From the NCBI GenBank assembly GCA_048128005.1, contig JBEUKZ010000010.1, forward strand, positions 806,001 to 870,000: DNA of 64,000 bases, read 5' to 3'. The notes under the pieces were generated by a model. The model saw only the letters and a list, made by a program, of their open reading frames with translations, made no database searches and had not been told where the DNA came from. The position numbers were made by a program, and so were the translations under genes. Positions 48,915-62,245 of this stretch are shown here, one piece after another. The DNA comes from Veleropilina oligotropha (taxonomy: Eukaryota). Positions within the stretch are counted from its first letter, which is position 1; each line of letters begins with the position of its first letter.

Positions 48915-51900
48915 ACACTCGTTTGAGATCCTCTATATATTTATAAATAGTGCATCGGCAACGTGACATCATCGGTAACACGGTCGTTGTGTTTTGAAAA
49001 TGTACAAATGTCATGGTTGTATTGGGCTCTAACCACGGGAGTGTGTTCATAATCGCCGTCTCCATTGCTCACAGCATTAATTCATTGCATCATTCAACGT
49101 TGATTTACCAGAGTTTTGGCTGAAAATACTGTTGCCGTGGACAAATCCATGGCTGCACTGGATGAATGCATGTAATACGACGAAATTACATGTACAAATA
49201 CACACAACACGGACCTTATTTTTATGTTAAGTGGAATTTGGCGGAAAAATTTATTCGTACATGTATTATATTTGGGCACACAATACTAGGTGAAGAGGCT
49301 CAGATTAAAGCACCAATTTTTAAGAAAATAGTAGTGGCAGCGCGGTACGTAAGGGAGGCTTATTTTAATGTTTCAAAAGAAAACGGTACAAAGCCCGTCA
49401 CCAGGTCTTCGAACCATGATGTACAACCATTGTTCCAACTGCAATTTGCTTTAAAATTTGATAAACGATATCGCGAAGCTCACTATTCCATATATACATT
49501 GAATGTTATTTGCTACAATGTTACAAGTACGATGGTTGCACATTTGGGTGTAGCTCTGTAGTGGTAAAAGTACTGTATTATTTCACCTTATAAAATAGAT
49601 ATATCCGAATTTCAACTCTTCTAATGCAAATTGTAATAAATTCCACAGTGACATTATTGATGTACGTGCATGCGCACGTCTGATATTTGCGTGAAGGCGA
49701 CTGTGTGGTCTTTCTTTCTGACTCCGCTCATATATATGTACTCTCTTCGTGACCAGACAGGTATCGCTTTAACCTCGTTATTATACACAAATACCACTAA
49801 AGGATATAAATACTGCGTCTTATTCAGTTCGCCCATAAAGCCGAAAGTAATTCTGGTTACATTTACAGTGAATGCGGTGAAATATTAGCACAAGAATAGT
49901 AGCAATGAGTGTTGTTGATGGGCTTTTACCTGTTTGACAATGCTGGGAAAACGAGCCGTTTTAGAATGAAAACTTCTCTTGACGCCGGCCCATTATCCGA
50001 CTAAACATCGACAAACTGTGTCCACCGTGAATAGATCCCGTTTGCCTTTATGGCAAACTGTATAGATGGGTTTGGCAAATTATATTAAGAGCCCATGAAC
50101 ACCATGAAAAGAGCAAGCATTATATGCCATGTGGATGAACTTATGAATCGGATAATCCGATCATTATGTAGGTAAATAAGATTATAACACTGAAGTGCAA
50201 TTTATTAGATATATATGTGGCCGCCGCAGCACTTCAATGGACAACACCTGCAATCCAGAAGATATATAAAATTCAGGGACAATTGGGCTGAATCGAAATA
50301 ATAGCGAACCAGTGAGATATTGATAACCTTTTTAGTATATTCTTATATGTCTTTGTGAGAAAAGTATAGGATATGACTTGAAATAACAGTTGTGTTTTTA
50401 TGTTCAATTTTATGACTTTTCATTAAACATGAAACAACTCCAAATATTATTTAACAAACATTATTAAAGAGTCTTGTAAAGCCTAATATTTTATTTTAAC
50501 TAGTGAAGTTAAAGGTATGGTCGGCTGCGGGGGAGTAACTTTGGAATAATGAAGTCGATAAAAAGTCGACAACGTTATATGATAGTCCAACCGATATACT
50601 ACAACTTTGCAAATAATATGAATATCAGAAAACAAAGATAATACGTATTCAATTTCGACTCGTGTGCAAGGCCAACCTTGATAATACTACCAAAGAGTCT
50701 GGTAATTGTAGGCCGATTTCAGACCACCCATTCCTGGCCAAAATAATTGTTAAGTCACTTTCGTCTCGCATGTTTTCGTTCGTGACAGCCAATACGGAAA
50801 TCGCATACAGTGCTGTGATCGCTCTTGCATAGATTCATAACGATATCGCCTCATCATAGGCGATCTATCAGATGCAATTGACACAATCATGATATGCTTG
50901 TACTTCTTACACATCTTGAATCCGCCTAATTTGTGCTTTGGAGATACCGTCTTTAATTGTTATCGTATTTAAGCAATGTATTTCAATCAGAATTAATTTG
51001 ACAAATTTAGGCCACAGTCATTATTCAAATGTGGTGCACTTCGAATCCGTTCTTCGGACAATGATTTGGCCTTGTGTCTCATTCTGGAAAATATGATTCA
51101 TTACCTGAGCGGATGAAGATTGAAGCACGTCTTACTTTAGTCTTCAGAAGTTACCTTTAATGTCAAATTGACCCCCACCCCACAGTATGCGAGGAACACC
51201 TGCAAATCATTAAAATATCATTTACACGTATAAGAAATTTCCTGACTTGTAATTCGTTATATTAGTGCCTGGTATCACCAAAAATAAGAACACCACAGAC
51301 TCCCATTATATGCAAACAACGTTAGCCACAAAATCAAGTACATTTGATGCTGACAACTGAAAACATCGCACCTGTGGAAAATTGTTTACATTGCGGACAA
51401 TAATTTAGTTCGAGAATACATTTGCCATAATGACTTGTAAAACAACCATCCATAAAAATGTGAAGTACAATAAGGAGTTTCGTTCAGGGTAAAAAGCTAC
51501 GATCATCTGTGAAATCAATGTGACCTGATCGTTTCGTTTTAATGTCCAAGATGAGGAATAATATGCTTTTAGTTTCTGAAACAACAACCCTCTTTTAAAA
51601 GTGCTTATAACCCAACTTATTTAGGCAATTGTTAGGCTGATAAATTTGCAATATTTATAGTTATGTGATTAATACTGGTCACGTTTTTTTGTAAAACGCA
51701 AAGAGCAATTGGACAGAAGGTGCGATAAATGCATTTATTGATTTTAACTTTCTGCTATGACTTTATTGCACATCAAAATTTCAGGAAATTATTTTGATCT
51801 TGCATAAACATTTTCCGTAAGGGTTAGCTACCAGTGCTATCGAGTTACTGCTTTTGTTGTGTCTCAAATTCTTTAAACCCTTTAAAATTTAGACAAGACG

Positions 51901-52679
51901 AAAATTAACGTACTTCTGACTCCGCAATAGCAATATGCATGGTTGCCACCAAACACTACTTCAACTTAAAGTTTGGGAAATGTGCATCTATGTGTTTCCA
52001 CATGATTACGAATTTGTTCTCTAATTTGGTATACTGTTCATATGCAAAAATATATAGCTTATTCTCACATTACTATGCAATGAGTCAGCAAGCAAAACAA
52101 GATATAAGTAAACAATTTCAAATTGCTACATATAAACAGCTTCATTAAAATCATATATGACGAATGCCTATACACGAGTAGTGATCAAAAGGCCGGGTGA
52201 CTTTAGATGTGTCGCACTTTAAATGACTCAAAGGTCACCCGGTATTTGTTTGTGAACTGGACATATCCTATTTTGTTATTTACGTATATTTTTCATTCTA
52301 ATGAAAATTGTGGTCATAACAAAATTAACGGAATCCGGATATTTTCTTTATAGCGGTGAGAACACCTGTACGTTTAGTAAATTTACCGTCAATGCCCATT
52401 GCAATATGATATGTTTGATGCTCTTTGTGTGTGTTAAACGTAGATATTAATAACTGTCACACGCAACATTTCAATTTGGGAACGCTACAAATAATCTTTA
52501 TACGTATATCGATAACTCATAGACAGAACGGTCCTTGGTTTGGGAAATTCTACTACAATTTCAGTCTCCCTTCTCCAATATATTATTGCCAATGTTATAA
52601 TAGATCGTTTCTGTTTATTGAGTACTATAGATGCTCAACTTTCACGGATTTGCTCTACCTGTATATATAAAGAATTATA

Positions 52680-53335
52680 TGTAGCGGGGTTGAAATAATA
52701 ACGTCGGTATAGATGAACGTCTTTATTAATCTGGAAATATATCTTCAATATTAGCAATATTGATGTATCCCAATGGTCACTTTGCGAGCAACTCTTATTA
52801 CAGATTATATGTGTGCAACAATTTAGTTAATTATGCAACAATAATATTCATGTATGTAGTTACATCCGTTTTCACAAATTATATAAATATGTATACAATA
52901 CAGTAATGCAATATACAAGTTAATTTGACAGCAGTAATAGCACAAGGAGTATATTCATGAGCAATAATTATAACATCATAAAATATAGGAAAGAACACAT
53001 ACCTGGAAATATATCTTCAATATTAGCAATATTGATGTATCCCAATGGTCACTTTGCGAGCAACTGGTATTACAGTGAAACTTGCAGGCTTTTATGCATG
53101 TACTTGAACAATGGTGAACACTGCTCACTATGACAGGCAAGGATTTCGGATTTATTGCTACAAGCGGTTAAAGGAGAGATTGGAGCTTCGCACCTATCGG
53201 AAATGTGCGATGCTTCGCACTAGGCGAAGAGGTGTGACGCTTCGCACTTAGCGAACTACAATAATTATTGTAAAGATACACATTATCAATCTTACAGAAC
53301 AAAATAATATATACAAATAAAATATCCCCATTACA
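52680..53335 (-). repeat. Gypsy 3' LTR (656 bp)
   Basis: Near-identical to 59310-59963; one visible 2-bp indel. Confidence 0.95.
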
Positions 53336-53524
53336 TACTTCCCCCCTCTCGAAATGACGTCCTCGGCATTTAAAAGTAAACAATATCAATCACCTTACAT
53401 CAATCTAGTCCAAATGAAATATATACTAAATATATGTTAATGTCAGCTATACATATTTACAAGCAATAGATGAACAGTACAGTAAATTCGTCTAAGCCAA
53501 GACAAAGAATCGATATACTAATTA

Positions 53525-56261
53525 CTATCTGGTCCATTCACCAGAAGTAAGCCACGCAGGTTTCCTTGTAGCACGTGATGAGCGTCTAAGGGGAACTGGA
53601 GGTGGTGGCGTGTCTGGCCGATCTACCGGTTCGTTGGTAATTGTATCGTCGGGTCTGGATGTTGATGGATCATCGATAGGAATGGCAAATGGTATATGGC
53701 TGCATAAGTATTCTAGTTCAGATTCATCGTCGCTGGATGATGAAGAATTGGTTGTTTCTCCGTCGCTGGATGGTGAAGAACTTTGAGTTTCAACTGGTTG
53801 TGCGATTGATACTTTCCTCTTCCTTGGTATCGGTCTGATGCTGGAGCCAATTGGAAGTAAAAGGTTTATGTGCAAGGTCCTCTTCTTCCCACCGCATTCC
53901 TTCCTCACAGTAAATACTGGAATAGCCTTGTCTGGTTGGTCAATTATAACGTACGGATCTTCTTCCCATCTGTCAGCAAGTTTTTCCTTCCCACGGATGC
54001 AAACATTACGCACCAGGACCAGCTCTCCCACCTCGGGATTGCTTCCTCTTGCTTTCATGTTGTATCCTTTGCGCTGCCTCTGCTGAGCTTTGGTGATGTT
54101 CTTCTGCGCCAGGTCGTATGCCGTCTCTAACTTCGACTTCAGATCGGTGGCAAACTTGGTGTACGATGCGGAAGCAACATTTCGAGGATTGCAGCCCATG
54201 GCAACATCAATGGGTAACCGTGGATGTCGTCCGAACATCAAGTAGTACGGGGTATGCTGGGTAGATTCATGCTTTGTGCAGTTATATGCATGAACAAGAT
54301 GTGACAGATGATCTTTCCACCTGAGCTTCTTGGATTCCGTGAGGGTTCCAAGCATTTGAAGAAGAGTTCTGTTGAATCGCTCACATAAGCCATTACCCAT
54401 TGGATGGTATGGTGTTGTTCGTGACTTCTTTATTCCTAGGACTGTGCACAATTCCTTAATCGTCTTGCTCTCAAAATTTCTTCCTTGGTCGGAGTGGATT
54501 CTTGCTGGTATCCCATAATGAGTGACAAAATGATCGAAGATCGCTTTAGCAGTTGTCTTAGCAGTTTGATTCCGTGTCGGAATGGCAATCGCGTATTTGG
54601 TAAAATGATCTGTCATAACCAAGATGTTTTCATAACCGCCGACGGATCTTTCAAGGCCGAGGTAATCCATACATAACAGCTCTAAGGGTTGCGTTGTTTC
54701 AATGGATACCAAAGTCGATCGATGTGGAAGAGATGGAGACTTTCTTCTTATGCAACGTGGACAAGTTTTGACCTTATTCGCAACCGCCGTCGTCATTCCA
54801 GGCCAGTAAAACCGAGTGCGAAGAAGCTGTATGGTTCTTTCTCGTCCGAGGTGTCCCATATCATCGTGCAGAGATGTGAGAATCTGTTCCCGGCATTCTA
54901 CAGGTACAAGGTACTGGTAAACATCTGAATCTTCTATTCTTTGGTGGCGGCACAAAATGTCATCTTTTATTATCAAATTGTCCCAATGTTTGATAATTAA
55001 GCTGCTTTCTTTGTCCATACTTCTTAACTCCCTATTGCTTGGTCTTCTTCCCCTTGTCATCCAGTTCAATACAGAACTAATCGCTGGATCCATTTCCTGA
55101 AGATATTGCATCTGGCTCTTTTCGTTGAAGGGCGTGCCATCAAACAGCGACTCGGTAGGTGTGATTTGCGGAATAGTCTGTTCTGTCATGCATAGAGTTT
55201 CAATGACAGGGATGTCAAGTATGGATACATCACACACAGCAGCAACAACTTCTTCTTCAATTACGTCCCTAGGCAGTCTCGATAGACCGTCTGCATCCAT
55301 ATTCTTGCTTCCAGCGATGTACTCTATCTTGAAATCGTAACCTGAAATATCAGCCAGCCAACGATGTCTTGCGGCATCCAGCTTCGCCGTAGAAAGAACG
55401 TAGGTAAGTGGATTGTTATCTGTTTTTACGATGAACTTATTACCATAAAGATAATCATGAAACTTCTTAGTGACGGACCAATGGAGGGCTAGGAATTCCA
55501 ACTTATGAATAGGATAATTTCTTTCGGACTTTGTCAATCCGCGGCTAGCATAGGAAATGACTCGTTTCTTTCCATCTTGTCGTTGATAAAGTACTGCTCC
55601 TAGTCCTTTCAGACTTGCATCAGTATGCAGCTCAAACGGCATTGTGAAGTCCGCATATCCCAGAATTGGGGCTGTTGTAAAATGGTTGATTAAACTGTCA
55701 AATGCATCCTGTTGAGCTTTTCCCCAAAACCAACCAGCTTCTGTCTGCGATCTTCTCTTCTTTGATTTCTTTCCACCATGTCCAACGAGTAGATCATTTA
55801 AAGGTTTGGCAATGGTAGAATAGTCTTGAATGAATCTTCGGTAATACCCAGAAAATCCCAAGAATCGACGCAATTCATCTATATTTGACGGAACAGGCCA
55901 TGTTTTCAGAGCATCAATCTTTTCCGGGTCAGTTCGTATACCTTCTTTTGAAATGATGTGTCCTAGATACTTGACCGATTCCTTCATAAATTGACATTTT
56001 GATGGATGAAGTTTGAGACCATGTTGTTTAAGTCGTTGAAATATGGCTTCCAGTCTTTCTATGTGTTCTTCAAAAGTTGATGAAAAGACGATAATGTCGT
56101 CAAGATAAATGAGACATTGCTGCAGATGTAGATCTCCCATACATCTTTCCATAAGTCGTTGAAAAGTGGCAGGAGCATTAGTTAGACCAAACGGCATGGA
56201 ATTAAATTCGTAAAATCCCATGGGCCCAACAGTAAATGCTGTTCGTTCTTTGTGTTCTTCC
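53525..56261 (-). CDS. Gypsy pol, 3' part (RT, RNase H, integrase), out of frame with the 5' part
   Basis: MPFGL, YLDD, TDAS, HHCC zinc finger, MDY / SDQG / GLCER integrase triad. Confidence 0.92.
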
Positions 56262-57560
56262 AACTTGATAATATCCGCTCTTCAGATCTAAACAGGAGAA
56301 GAATTTTGCTCCATGAAGAGCATCCAATGTTTCTTCGATCCTAGGTATTGCATATGAATCTCGTATCGTCTGTGAATTCAGTTGTCTATAATCAACGCAA
56401 AATCGAAGTGATTTATCACGTTTTCTTACCAAAACGACGGGAGACGCAAAAGGACTTGATGAGTGTCGGATGACGCCTGCATCCAGCATATCCTTGATAT
56501 GTGTCCGGACTTCTTCATACATTGCAGGTGGAATTCTACGATGACGCTGGCGAATTGGGGTGTCATCCTTTAAGTCGATTCTGTGAGTAACCAATGATGT
56601 GTGTCCAATATCAATGTCTGATTTGCTGAAGATGTCTGAATACTTGGTAAGTAGTTTCTTCATTTGGTGGTTTTGTCTCGGAGTAAGTTCTATTTCAGGA
56701 TCAGGAAACGTTGCAGCAGTATCATCTTGTTGGTAGTTCATTTCTCCCAATAGCGCTTCTTTGTCGACAATCTCTACTTGCTGAAGAGAACATATTGTCG
56801 TTAAAGGAGGGATGGTAATTTCGCGCGATGATGGGTTGCACACCATTACTTGTACTGTTGAGGTAGACTCGTGTAGGATTCCGGGTACAAGTCGTAGAGA
56901 TCCTGGAAGTGGGGTGTCAGAAAACGCCAATAGTTTATTACCTTGTGATGATATGTCTCTCTCAGAAATCCCTTTAACTTGGATCGTAGCGTTTGCAGGT
57001 ACAGTTATCTTCTCTGATGCGATAACGGAAACGCTAGTATCTGCCCTGCGATCTGCAGCATCCATTGCATGGTACGCTAGTAACCATGGAGATGATATTG
57101 GATAGTTTCGTCTTCCGGCATTCGCAGTTGCCTCTTCTTTACACCCTCGGAGAACGTTGGTTCCAATCAGTAGTGGTACGTCATGGTGATATTTAGTGGT
57201 TGGTACAACAAGTACTAATGCAGGCAGCAGGGTGTCATTGCCACACACTTCGTTAGGAAGATGTATGTCGACTTCGACGTATCCAATATAGGGCAGTTCG
57301 GTTCCACCAGCTCCTTTAATCTGCAGTAATCCATGTATGCTGTTCATCGGAACATGACTTAGATATCTATTATAAAATTCTTCGGACATAGTCGTAACCA
57401 TTGAGCCGGTATCAATAAGAACACAACATTCAATTCCTCCAATACTGACCTTTCCTACGTTGGACTCTCCCACTAAGTTATTGAAGACCGTCGTATTAGA
57501 TTTGGAGCTCTCCATCGCACCTACCACTTGCTCCCTGGTAGAGGTGCTTGTTCGTTTAAA
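56262..57560 (-). CDS. Gypsy pol, 5' part (aspartic protease, RT N-terminus)
   Basis: LIDTGS, SSSPFASPVVLV, RFCVDYRQLN, LDLKSGYYQV. Confidence 0.9.
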
Positions 57561-58570
57561 CGTCGTCGCGGGTTTTGACATCCTCTATGGCCACGTCGTG
57601 ATCCAGTCTCGCCACAGTCATAGCACTGGATGGTACGTTGTCTGGGTGGCGATCTTTTAGTAGACTCCGTTGATGACTTTACTTCCTGTTCAACTGCTGA
57701 CAGCCGTGATTCCATGTTCTTCATGATTTTGGTCAGATCATTGAGTTTGTTTAGCACTTCTTCCATTTTTGTCGAGCTATCTTTGATTTGAGCCTGGAGA
57801 GTTACTTTGTTTCCTGACTTCTGAGACTTTATTTCTTCCTCTGCTTGTCTGACAATGACTAAAAGATCATTGTAGTTCACTGCAGAGTCAAACCGATGTC
57901 GAGTTGCAACTTTTATTGCCTCTTGTGCTAGGCCAGTCCAGAACTTGTTTCGAAGCATATCTTTACTTGTTGTTTGTGAAATTATGCCTTTTTCTTTTAC
58001 CTTGGCTATTAGATCAGAGAGGCGACAGCTCCACATGGCAACCGATTCAGTTGGCTGTTGTTTCACTGCATAAAACTGTTCCAACAATGCTTCCGCAGTC
58101 AAGACATCTCCGAAGACGATTTCAAACTGCTCCACAACATCATTGATTGTCGTTGTTGTCGGTAGTTGTAACATAATGTCGGCGGCGATACCTTTCGATG
58201 ACTTTCTGATTGCATTGAGTAAGCACAATTCAGAATAACATGATTCTGCCTGCAGACCGATAATTTCTCTTTTCCATTGGGCATAGGACACTTCGCCTTT
58301 GGCACCTGAACCTGAGAAAAATGACACTTTCGGGGGCATAAAGGGATGAAAATTATGGAATGAAGGGGTTTTGTCAAATATAACATCATGTGTTTTAACT
58401 CTCTCCTTAGAATCTACAGGTTTGGGTATGGTGTCACTAGTACCGGTAAGTTGTGATAAGATTTTTGACTGGAAACTTACACTTAATGTTTTAAATAAAG
58501 AAACATATTCATTTAATGCACTATCACTCTCGTCATTATCATTAGATATTGGGACATCAGACGTAGCCAT
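57521..58570 (-). CDS. Gypsy gag (PNMA-like capsid, atypical zinc knuckle)
   Basis: FFSG..GEVSYAQWK, coiled coil, CYDCGETGSRRGHRGC. Confidence 0.88.
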   Translation of the reverse strand: MATSDVPISNDNDESDSALNEYVSLFKTLSVSFQSKILSQLTGTSDTIPKPVDSKERVKTHDVIFDKTPSFHNFHPFMPPKVSFFSGSGAKGEVSYAQWKREIIGLQAESCYSELCLLNAIRKSSKGIAADIMLQLPTTTTINDVVEQFEIVFGDVLTAEALLEQFYAVKQQPTESVAMWSCRLSDLIAKVKEKGIISQTTSKDMLRNKFWTGLAQEAIKVATRHRFDSAVNYNDLLVIVRQAEEEIKSQKSGNKVTLQAQIKDSSTKMEEVLNKLNDLTKIMKNMESRLSAVEQEVKSSTESTKRSPPRQRTIQCYDCGETGSRRGHRGCQNPRRRLNEQAPLPGSKW

Positions 58571-59309
58571 TATGTACAATAATTATATTACAAAATACAA
58601 TATGTTTCAATTCGACGAAACGATGACTGTACGTAGTATTAATAAATCAATAAATAAAATATTTCCAATTACGCTACTAAGTCACCTGCATCATATAATA
58701 CAATGTGTTAAACATATGCATATGTATGGATATAATACAAAATATTGTTGATTCGGGATTTGTCTCTATACTTCAACGTACTTATGCATAATCATAATAG
58801 TTCGCATACACCATAAAATCTGCTTGGTAAATATGATGCAATGTCTCTTCGTGTAAGGAAAGTCGAGAGTATGTCGTTCAGCATATAGTTCGGTTGGATT
58901 ATGAAATAGCTTTGGGTGTAACGTCTTTTCGCGGAAGAAAAATAGTGGATGTATCGTTCATGAATTAGACAGTTCGGCGGGTTTACAATAACTTTGAATG
59001 GAATGTTTCTTCGCGTGAGAAAAATAACGGATTTATTTCACACCAGACAGTTCGACTGGATAATAAAAAATTTCACTTCCCTGATAGTGCACTCCGCAAT
59101 TGTTCACTCGATCACAGCAATGTTCGCAGGTCGTGCGATATGTTCATTGCTTCAAACGTTCCGTGTTGGATTGCGTATTCTGGATCGATTACGAACGCCT
59201 CTCGCTGAAATCCCACACGTCAATCGTCCATGTGGTGGCCACTCGGAATTCCAGGTCCAGGATCATCTGCGCTAGTGGACTATCACGGGTCCCCTTGTGG
59301 GCTCCATTT

Positions 59310-59963
59310 TGTAGCGGGGTTGAAATAATAACGTCGGTATAGATGAACGTCTTTATTAATCTGGAAATATATCTTCAATATTAGCAATATTGATGTATCC
59401 CAATGGTCACTTTGCGAGCAACTCTTATTACAGATTATATGTGTGCAACAATTTAGTTAATTATGCAACAATAATATTCATGTATGTAGTTACATCCGTT
59501 TTCACAAATTATATAAATATGTATACAATACAGTAATGCAATATACAAGTTAATTTGACAGCAGTAATAGCACAAGGAGTATATTCATGAGCAATAATTA
59601 TAACATCATAAAATATAGGAAAGAACACATACCTGGAAATATATCTTCAATATTAGCAATATTGATGTATCCCAATGGTCACTTTGCGAGCAACTGGTAT
59701 TACAGTGAAACTTGCAGGCTTTTATGTGTACTTGAACAATGGTGAACACTGCTCACTATGACAGGCAAGGATTTCGGATTTATTGCTACAAGCGGTTAAA
59801 GGAGAGATTGGAGCTTCGCACCTATCGGAAATGTGCGATGCTTCGCACTAGGCGAAGAGGTGTGACGCTTCGCACTTAGCGAACTACAATAATTATTGTA
59901 AAGATACACATTATCAATCTTACAGAACAAAATAATATATACAAATAAAATATCCCCATTACA
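59310..59963 (-). repeat. Gypsy 5' LTR (654 bp)
   Basis: Adjacent to the PBS-like sequence. Confidence 0.95.
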
Positions 59964-60039
59964 TATACAATATAAATATATGTTATTTGTATGTGTTTGG
60001 TTACGACCAAACCTTGATGAATCTTCGAAATTGGTGTCC

Positions 60040-60281
60040 TATTCGACAGTCGTGTGGCTTCGATTGCAGACTCTGAAAAATCACTTGCTTGATTCCGCTG
60101 ACGCGAACAGTGGTGGGTTCGAATATAGGTTGGGACATGACATTATTTGTTTAAGCTATGAATTACAGTTGCCAGTATACCTGGTCGGAGAGGACGGGTA
60201 TCCTCGGGCTACCTGGCTTTCTTTCCGCAATAATATGGACATGTCCTGCTTTGAAAATATACATGATATTAAGCATCGATG
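60040..60281 (+). mobile_element. SINE family A, diverged copy
   Basis: tcacttgcttgattccgctgacgcgaacagtggtgggttcgaat...ggacatgtcctgctttgaa...attaagcatc. Confidence 0.78.
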
Positions 60282-61739
60282 ATGTCCCAACCGATCGTCT
60301 GGGAAAACTGATGATCTATATATATGTACGTTGTTGTTTTACTATGTCTTTCCGGCAAAAGAAGATTGGAAAAAGAACGAATCATTGTAGTACCACCAAT
60401 TCTGTTGCATGTTGATTTTGTGCGAAATACAATCTTACTGTAAGCAATCAAATCTGAAATAAACTTATATTATTGGGTAACGTACATATAATTAAATTAA
60501 AACGAAAAAAGCATATTTATCTTTATCGCTTCACTGCTTCGGGACACCCATTCCCTATTGGTCAAGTGAAAGCCTATGATGCGACGATATATATTGTCTG
60601 GACATTGCGTAAGGAATAATATATCAATTACTTTGTTTACAAATTAGAGGCTGTAAAAAGAAGTAACGTCTTCGGATATACCTTAGGAAATCTCATCGAT
60701 TCGAGGGTCGTATACTTTCTCAAGTGGGTTTTACAATGACCATCGCGGACTTCATTATGGCTGACCACAATAACAGCGGCCACACGTGGGTTCGAGCTGT
60801 GGGAAAGTTCGAGGTCGGTTCTTGCACGCCCCGATGACAATACGGACAATGTCCGTCATTGAGCGGTGATCTACCATTAAGCCGTTCAATGGTAGATCAA
60901 CGCAATTGACTTAATCGCCAATTAACTCCTTTTATCACATTGAAATTCGCATTATTGACCTATGGTCTAATTATCGCATCCAAAACAATTCTGTGAGCTA
61001 AAGTGTCCCGGATAATAAATAAAGAAATAGAGAAGTTGTTTCGTACAATTAAGAAAAACAACAAAATGTATTTAATTGGCCCAAGTTTGCGATGGTTTTA
61101 CGCATATGAGAATGGCGAACAGGTCTTGTTGATCTTTTGCTTGAGTTAATCCGGGTAATTGAACCTTTAAAGGGGCCGCCCGTTAAGGCCCCTGGGAAGC
61201 TTCGGACTGCACAACAACAAACATTTAACGCTTGGAGAGATGATTACAGGTGTAAGTACGAAAAAATCATGGAAAAGTACATCATTATCCGTCGTTAGAT
61301 GTACTAATTTTATCAATCTCAACGTTAATGGTCATTCACTGAGGCATCATGTAATCGACCTCCATAACATTAAAAAGTATTGCCTGGGAATAGAAATGCA
61401 TACCACTGAATATAAAAATCATTCCATTTTGGTTCAGGGATATCCACAACCTATGTCGACTATTAAAATACTAATCTGTGCGAGTTGCTGATTCCACTTT
61501 TTACTGAAAAGTATCTTCCGTCATGTCTCGTAACATCTCTACTTAATATTTACGGTATTGATTTGTCTGATAACATATAACTCTCCATCTTTAACGTTTG
61601 ATACATTGGTTATCATGTAACCTGTAAAAATTATGGCTGGTTTTACGATCACATTTTGATAATTTATCAATATACGTAATTTGTTTAACGTCTCCTTCCG
61701 AACGACGGGTAACGGGTTTTTAAGCCGCCCGTTAAGGCC

Positions 61740-62245
61740 CCTTTTCCCGACGCCCTACCAGTTGAGCCATCAAGGACACCTTACCGGGTGACACGAAGCT
61801 ATTCCATATGGTTGAATCCCCCCTAAAAAATTCTGAAGATTATTCTCCGCCCTTTTGCCCTCTCAGAACCTTGGATACGCCATGGAAAAATCCATTTTAC
61901 TCATGCGGCGGGGGACGTAAGGTTACTGCCCCGTACCACTGTTCTCGAGCTGCATTTTATTTCTTGTGGAAAGACTGATCATTTCTATCAGTTTTAAACG
62001 TTAGAAGAAGCCACGCACTGCAATGCGAGTATCGAACACGCATCATACCACCCCACATTTCCCTTTTCCCGGCGATCTATACAATTGAGCCATCAAGGAC
62101 ACGTTATCATTTTTTAAGCGTTAGAAGAAGCCACGCAATGCAATGCAGGGATCGAACATGCATCATACTACCCCACATTTCCCTTTTCCCGACGCTCTAC
62201 CAGTTGAGCCATCAAGGACACCTTACCGGGTGACACGAAGTTATT
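61740..62245. repeat. Local ~120-bp tandem duplication plus a partial third copy
   Basis: cgttagaagaagccacgca...ccccacatttcccttttccc repeated at ~61999 and ~62119; cttttcccgacgc...gacacgaag also at 61741. Confidence 0.75.

Larger units (their letters stand above)
52680..59963 (-). mobile_element. Full-length Ty3/Gypsy LTR retrotransposon
   Basis: TG...CA LTRs 52680-53335 and 59310-59963, TSD tata, PBS-like tggagcccacaagg and PPT gagaggggggaagta on the minus strand; domain order gag-PR-RT-RH-IN. Confidence 0.96.

Noticed and set aside
57521..58570. Domesticated PNMA-like host gene
   Set aside because: Lies within a complete LTR element with near-identical LTRs
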